In this document: positions 57,771-64,000 of the stretch, one piece after another
Position numbering within the stretch: the stretch's first letter is position 1
Layout of the letters: every line of letters begins with the position of its first letter
The notes under the pieces: generated by a model
What the model was told of the DNA's origin: nothing
Database searches by the model: none
What the model saw: only the letters and a program-made list of their open reading frames with translations
Origin: Rhynchopus sp. YZ270_cl-10
Lineage: Eukaryota
Assembly: GCA_964035575.1 (NCBI GenBank)
Contig: OZ037838.1
Coordinates: 744,001 to 808,000, forward strand
DNA length: 64,000 nt
Reading direction: 5' to 3'
Made by a program: the position numbers and the translations under genes

Positions 57771-59088
57771 GACAGTAGTGAGGAAAAAGGGAAAAAAAGA
57801 AAACATCTCATCGGGTTTTTGTTCAAAGTGTAGCTGGGGGAGGGGGGGGAAGGTGGGGGGTGCACCTGCATCAATACTGAGTTTGCGGATGAAGGGGGGT
57901 GGGAACATTTTGTCAGTCACTGCTATTGCCATTTAACCCAGGGAGCATGGCTAGTGCAAGAAATTCGACTTTGGAAACCTTCCGGAAAGTCTGTCCTCTG
58001 CTTGCGGAGGACGAGGCACAAGAAAATATTGCGTTCCCCCAGAAATCCAGTGCACATTTCACACTCCTTGTGGGTGGTCTTGTTGCCTTTTTGTCACAGT
58101 AATTTTGGCCCAGGCATGCTCTCGAAGCATGACAATTTAGTGTGTATGGGGCAGGGTGTTGTTTTGTTCTGAATTCTCTTTGTTATAACATCTAAGTCAA
58201 TCGCGGGTGGTGGTTTGTGTAGCGTGAGGCACTCTTTTTAACAAACTTCCTGCGGCTGCTAAAGCGTTATTTCTTCGGATTTAACCCGTACAGCGTAACA
58301 TAGTGGATTCGCCTGGTCGACACAACCTTTGATAGATACGGGATAACCAACCCCCTTCGACCCCTCGTGGGTTCACTGAACAAGCCCTAGTGGTAGTTAA
58401 ACGCGATTGACATTTACATTCCTTAGAGATGAAAGAACAAGACAACACTTCTGTACCCGCGCATCAAAATTGTGGAAAACTTTGCACCCCAAACACCCTC
58501 AACAACGCCCGCCAAAAGGCGCCCCTTGTTGCTGGGAGTTGGTTCTCATGATACCTGCACAGCGGGCATTCCTCTGAGTCCAACGCATGTTTGGCCTGTC
58601 TGCGGCGTTGTACTTAAGGTGCACGAAGACAGGGTCTGGTGGTAAATTTTGCGTAGTACTGCGACATGGTACTGCGTGGGTCTGGGAATATGGGTACCTG
58701 GGTACAGGATATTTGTTGTCAAAGACATCTTCCACCATGTATTGAGGAGGGTAAGACAGTGGTCGCAGTTTCTACTTGATAGCATTACAACATTTAACTT
58801 CTCCACGGGGGTCTTGGGCCGTTCATTCGGTTATACCTTGACTACCGGAAGATATTCTTGAGGCCTTTTTGGTCTCTAGAATATCCGGTCTTCCCGAACG
58901 GAGGCACACTTTGTGTGTTACTACGACCTGGCAACTTCCAGCAGTAGGTTAAGTAATCTTTCTTGTAAATTGTTGGATCATTATCTCCTCAGTGCATGAA
59001 TGCCCCACGTGACTGGACACTTTTGTGTTTGTCATGTGGAGCTGTGGTTGCTCTTTCACGACTTTTTTCCTTGTACACAGTGTACCGT

Positions 59089-59224
59089 GTACCTGGGTAC
59101 CTGGGTACCTGGGTACCTGGGTACCTGGGTACCTGGGTACCTGGGTACCTGGGTACCTGGGTACCTGGGTACCTGGGTACCTGGGTACCTGGGTACCTGG
59201 GTACCTGGGTACCTGGGTACCTGG
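59089..59224. repeat. Minisatellite (GTACCTGG)n, about 17 copies
   Basis: Perfect 8-bp tandem array. Confidence 0.97.
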
Positions 59225-59748
59225 TCAGATCTCTGACCAGCGCACCGTGTGCACAAGTAAAAAGTTACTTGTGCACAAGTAAAAAATTACTTGTGCACAA
59301 GTAAAAGTTACTTGTGGTCACAAGTAATTACTTGTGACCACAAGTAAAAATTATTACATGTAAAACCACAAGTAAAACCACAAGTAAAGTAAGTTACTTC
59401 AACGTCGTGTGTGTTGTGTGTTGTGCATCAGAGGTTGTGAGATTTTCTGATGGTAAAAAAAATTAGGCCACAGTGCACAATAGCCAGCAGGGGGGTGGGT
59501 GGGTTGGGGGGGTAGAACAGACGTTTTTTTGGTGTGGTGGGTGGGTGGTGAAAAAGAGGCCAGAAATATTTGTCCCCTTCCCGAGTGTTATTGAAATGCT
59601 TCGCTCATGTTTGCTTTATCAACTCACAGCCGGGTGCTTTGTCTTGTAGAAACCTCGTTCATCAGAAGGAGTGGTGTGTGCAGTCGTGTCTTTGGGTGGT
59701 GTCTTGTATTGTGTTCGCAGCTCTGTTCTCTCTCCTCGGATGTGGGGT

Positions 59749-59841
59749 GGTGAACACTGGTGAACACTGGTGAACACTGGTGAACACTGGTGAACACTGG
59801 TGAACACTGGTGAACACTGGTGAACACTGGTGAACACTGGT
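59749..59841. repeat. Minisatellite (GGTGAACACT)n, about 9 copies
   Basis: Perfect 10-bp tandem array. Confidence 0.97.
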
Positions 59842-61612
59842 AGTTTGCGTGTGTGCGCCTATGTGGCGAGACAAGTTGTGCTGCAGTCACCGCACTGCAC
59901 TGCGAGTGTGTGCTGTTTGTTGTATTCTCTTGCGGGGGAAGGGGGGTGTGTGTGTTTTTGGGTATTGATACGTTCAGTTCAGTCAGTGATCGGGTCGGGG
60001 GGCTCTCACAGCAATGTGGTCTTCTAAAAAGTGTGGATGATTGCAGAATGCGTTTCCCGAGTTTTCAAAATAAAAAAAAGTACAGATCTTTTTGTTCCCA
60101 TTTAGTAGTGGGCAAAGTTATTTGTACCAGGCAGAAGCAAGCGCCGTACGTACACTGTACATCCCCGCGCCAGAGCCATCCCATAGCATTGCGCAGTGTG
60201 TCTGTGTGTCATTCCCTCCTCAAGTATCGTCAGTGTGGGGGGAGGGTATATTTTTCAAGGTGGCTAAGTATCGTGACTTAGGTTCATCGAAAAACGTTTT
60301 TTTGTTCCCCCCCTTTTTTTTGTGTTAGTCAGTGCCTGCGTCCCAGAGGCGTTTGCACTATCAACTTCACTTTGTTAAAGGCGTCTGTGAACAAGCACGT
60401 TCACGGTACGAAGTTTTGTTTAAAACGCGCATTTCCTGCTATGTGAGGGTCCTGCGAAGAAGAAGAAAAACGTCTGCTATCTTCTAGTAGACATTTTATA
60501 GTCTAAAAAAATCAACCAAAAGTGTAAAATACGCATTTTCCCCCTAAGGGAAGCGTCGCTTTCCTCTCCGCACACCTATGCATGTATATACAACTAAATT
60601 ATGCAAGGGTGCTACAATGTGAGAGCGGCAGTTCTGAGAGCGGGGGTCCTGAGGCCTTCTTCTCAACTTATTTGTTTTTCTTTCTTTTTAGATTTTTTCT
60701 CTAAGAGCTCCTTCTATTTGCTCTCTTTTAAGGATCCTGTGAAGAAAAAACCGTGGCCACTACCAAGTGATAGTAGTCAAAAATCAAACAAAAAATTTTT
60801 CTCTAAGAGCCTTCAAAGCCTTTTAGTGCTCTTTATCATTCAAGACACCAAGCAATGAGAGGCTTAGGATCACCTTCCCAACTTTTTATGGTACACTGTT
60901 CACGAGAGGACTGTATTTCAGGTCAACTTTTATTTGTTATGTGAGGCCCTGCTAGAAACAAAAATTTTCTCGGGTGTGTTGTGCCAGTGTGCGTATGTGC
61001 ATAAATTTTTAATTTTTATTTTGTGTGAAGTAATTCGCCCCCCTTTGTTTTCATTACATTTTATTGAAACCTTCTACTGCAAAGCGTACTCCTTCTATTT
61101 GCTCTCTTTTAAGGATCCTGTGAAAGCTAAATCGTGGCTTGCTATCTAGTGATAGTAGTCTAAAATCGAACAAAAAAAAATTGCCAGGGTGAAATTTCCG
61201 ATCAAGGGCACCGTGTGTCTTCCTGCCTTCCTTTCGGAACACCCCCCTTTCTCCACCTCCCAAAACTCACAGCACCCCCCCCCATAAATAAAACCGAACA
61301 CGAGACCCAACGAGAACTACCTTTTTTTGTTTTATATGGCTCATTATTATTGGTGGGGTGATTTGAGGGGTACTTTTACTCACAAACATAGTCACAACAA
61401 TTCACAACACATTTCACGGAAAAAAAATATTACAAAAATTGATGCGATTTACAAAAATCCACGAAAAATCCACATTCACAAAACACAGTCACAAAAAAAG
61501 AGTAAAAAGTACCCTCAAATCACCCCAATTATTTGATGCATCCTGCAAAGCAAAACAAAAGACAAAAAAAACCAACCCAACTCTCACCTTTTTTACCCAG
61601 CCTCCCCCCCCT

Positions 61613-63208
61613 TAGGGGGTCCGACTGTGAGTAAAATGACCGTACCAAAAACTCATTATTAAACTTCTGGTCATTTCCAAGGCAATTGCGGGTGAAAAAC
61701 ACCCTCAGAGTGGGTCACAGGGGGCCTGTGGGCCGAAAAACGACCCAGAAGCCACCCCAGAATACAAAAAAATGGAAAAAAATAGTGAAAAAACGGCTTT
61801 TTGGCGGTTTTGGCCATTTTGGGCAAAATAGCGTTTTTTCAAGAAAAAACCAAAAAAACGGTTATTTTTTGACATCACAAAACCTCCTTTGGCACAAATA
61901 TACCCCAAAAGTGGCCCGTGAGTCCATTCCAACCTGTTTCGGACATATTTGACACTTTTGGAAGTGTTTTTTTGGTGTTTTTAGGTCAAAAAAAATACCC
62001 TGGCAATACCCTGACCGCGCTCCGGCAGCATTCCAGCATGCTGTTTGACCCATATAGGGGTCAAGAAATGGCCAAAAACCCCCGAAAAAGGACCCTGGGA
62101 GCCCAGATAGTTCCAAATTTCCACCACATCCCCACCCAAACACCGCAAAAACACGACAGAAAGTCGTCTTAAAAAACACACTTTTTTCAAAAAGGTCATT
62201 ATGGAACCTGTCTGACGATAGCTATTTTTCAAGAAAAAACCAAAAAAACGGCTATTTTTTGACATCACAAAACCTCCTTTGGCACAAATATACCCCAAAA
62301 GTGGCCCGTGAGTCCATTCCAACCTGTTTTGGACATATTTGACACTTTTGGAAGTGTTTTTTTGGTGTTTTTACATCAAAAAAAAAAAAATGGTATGGCA
62401 ATGGTATGGCAGCGCTCCGGCAGCACTCCGGCATGCTGTTTGACCCATATAGGGGTCAAGAAATGGCCAAAAACCCCCGAAAAAGGACCCTGGGAGCCCA
62501 GATAGTTCCAAATTTCCACCACATCCCCACCCAAACACCGCAAAAACACGACAGAAAATCGTCTTAAAAAACACACCTTTTTTCAAAAAGGTCATTATGG
62601 AACCTGCCTGATTACCTTTTTGAAAAAAGTGTGTTTTTTAAGAGGATTTTCTGTCGTGTTTTTGCGGTGTTTGGGTGGGGATGTGGTGGAAATTTGGAAA
62701 GATTGGGGTTCCGGGGGCCCTTTTTCGGGGGTTTTAAGCAAAAATATGGCCGAGAATGTGGTCGAGAAACGGTGGCAGTGCTGTCCCGGGGGCGGTCCGG
62801 GGGTTTTATGGGGGTGTTTTTCAGTGTGAAAACACCAAAAAAACACTTCCAAAAGTGTCAAATATGTCCAAAACAGGTTGGAATGGACTCACAGGCCACT
62901 TTTGGGGTATATTTGTGCCAAAGGAGGTTTTGTGATGTCAAAAAATAACCGTTTTTTTGGGTTTTTCTTGAAAAATCGCTATTTTGCCCAACATGGCCAA
63001 AACCGTCAAAAAGCCGTTTTTTCACTATTTTTTTCCATTTTTTGGTATTCTGGGGTGGCTTCTGGGTCGTTTTTCGGCCCACAGGCCCTCTGTGACCCAC
63101 TCTGAGGGTGTTTTTCACCCGCAGTTGCCTTGGAAATGACCAGAAGTTTAATCATGAGTTTTTGGTACGAAATTTTATACACAAGTCTATTAGGAGTCGG
63201 ACCCCCTA
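61613..63208. mobile_element. Second foldback element of the 27228 family, about 1.6 kb, with an internal ~370-bp duplication
   Basis: TAGGGGGTCCGACT ... AGTCGGACCCCCTA, with arms closely similar to 27290-27620. About 61835-62210 is repeated at 62220-62605. C8 runs flank both ends. Confidence 0.9.
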
Positions 63209-63620
63209 ACCCCCCCCTCTTCCCCTCCTCAAAAGACATGAAGGAAAAAAACGGATAACTAGGCGCAAGCAATAAATATAACAATATATGGGGTTTATAG
63301 GTTGAGGTGCGGTGCTATGCATCACTCCTCTTAAGACCAGGCGCAAGCTTAAGAGCGACTCTAATGTGGGACTTGTCTTACGGCCGATCGAATTGAGACG
63401 TGACTTTTTCTTAACGACCTCAGCAGTTGCAGATCTACGCACTGAACTTAAGCATATCACTCAGCGCAGGAAAAGAAAGCAACAGCGATGCTCCTAGTAA
63501 CGGCGAGAATTGAGACGCGACTTTTTCTTAACGACCTCCTCCCTCTCTCTCTCTCTCTCTTTAGCCTTTCCCCCTCCACTCCCACCCACCCCTTTTTCCA
63601 GAAACACCCCCTCAAAAACA

Positions 63621-64000
63621 ATGTACGGTGTTAGCGGGCGTTTCACCGAAGAGCGTATTAGGGTTCTCGTTGACGCGAAGTGGCCCAGCGCAGAGCTGGA
63701 AGCCTTTCGCAGTACAGGGCCGTCGTCGAGGCCTCCATCCCCCGGACGCAACAACGTTCTGCCGGTGCTTCCAAGCGAGCCAAGCAAGGAGCTGCATTTT
63801 TGTAGTAAGAAGGATGCATACGCTGACCCATGCCCCGAGGGTGTGTCTCGAGATATTGTGAGGATGTACAACAAAAGCCATGTGAGCACACCATTGATCT
63901 GGCATACTACCGAAATTGAAGGTACCTCGTGGGTACGCCGTGGGAACGTCGAAGGCGAGCCGTACGGATCGCTCTCCATCTTATCAGCGTCATTGGGAAC
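63621..64000 (+). CDS. 5' part of a hypothetical protein, open to the window end
   Basis: Pyrimidine tract, CCAG, A-rich leader, then ATG and 126 stop-free codons (MYGVSGRFTEERIRVLVDAKWPS...). It is absent from the ORF track because no stop falls inside the window. Confidence 0.65.
   Translation, partial: MYGVSGRFTEERIRVLVDAKWPSAELEAFRSTGPSSRPPSPGRNNVLPVLPSEPSKELHFCSKKDAYADPCPEGVSRDIVRMYNKSHVSTPLIWHTTEIEGTSWVRRGNVEGEPYGSLSILSASLG

Noticed and set aside
61612..61619. Telomeric TTAGGG at element termini
   Set aside because: A single hexamer within TTAGGGGG, with no tandem telomeric array.

Overview
This is eukaryotic nuclear DNA, most likely euglenozoan. SKP1 resembles the kinetoplastid type, all host genes lie on the + strand and short GT-AG introns are present, so a diplonemid is my best guess (inference). 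Host genes, in order: the 3' part of a cyclic-nucleotide-binding K+ channel (4 exons), a probable NELF-B/COBRA1 homologue, a small hypothetical gene, a 2044-aa armadillo-repeat protein, SKP1, six tandem genes plus one fragment encoding a ubiquitin-like domain fused to a 7-blade beta-propeller, a 5-exon PX-domain (sorting-nexin-like) gene with an embedded CAP-Gly domain, and an ORF running off the right edge. In the UBL-propeller family the UBL and strand cores are nearly invariant, while loops predicted to form one face are hypervariable and the copies are mosaics. Intergenic DNA is dense with mobile elements: a degenerate VIPER/TATE-like tyrosine-recombinase retroelement (gag-YR-RT-RNaseH, minus strand), TAGGGG-ended TIR elements (one a 1.19-kb foldback, one carrying a 122-bp satellite with a 488-bp higher-order repeat), hAT- and Harbinger-type MITEs, TTAA-flanked palindromic elements, a hAT transposase remnant and many 8-11 bp minisatellites. 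The best candidate for an undescribed system is the diversifying UBL-propeller array. All homology calls were made by eye from remembered motifs; no searches were run.
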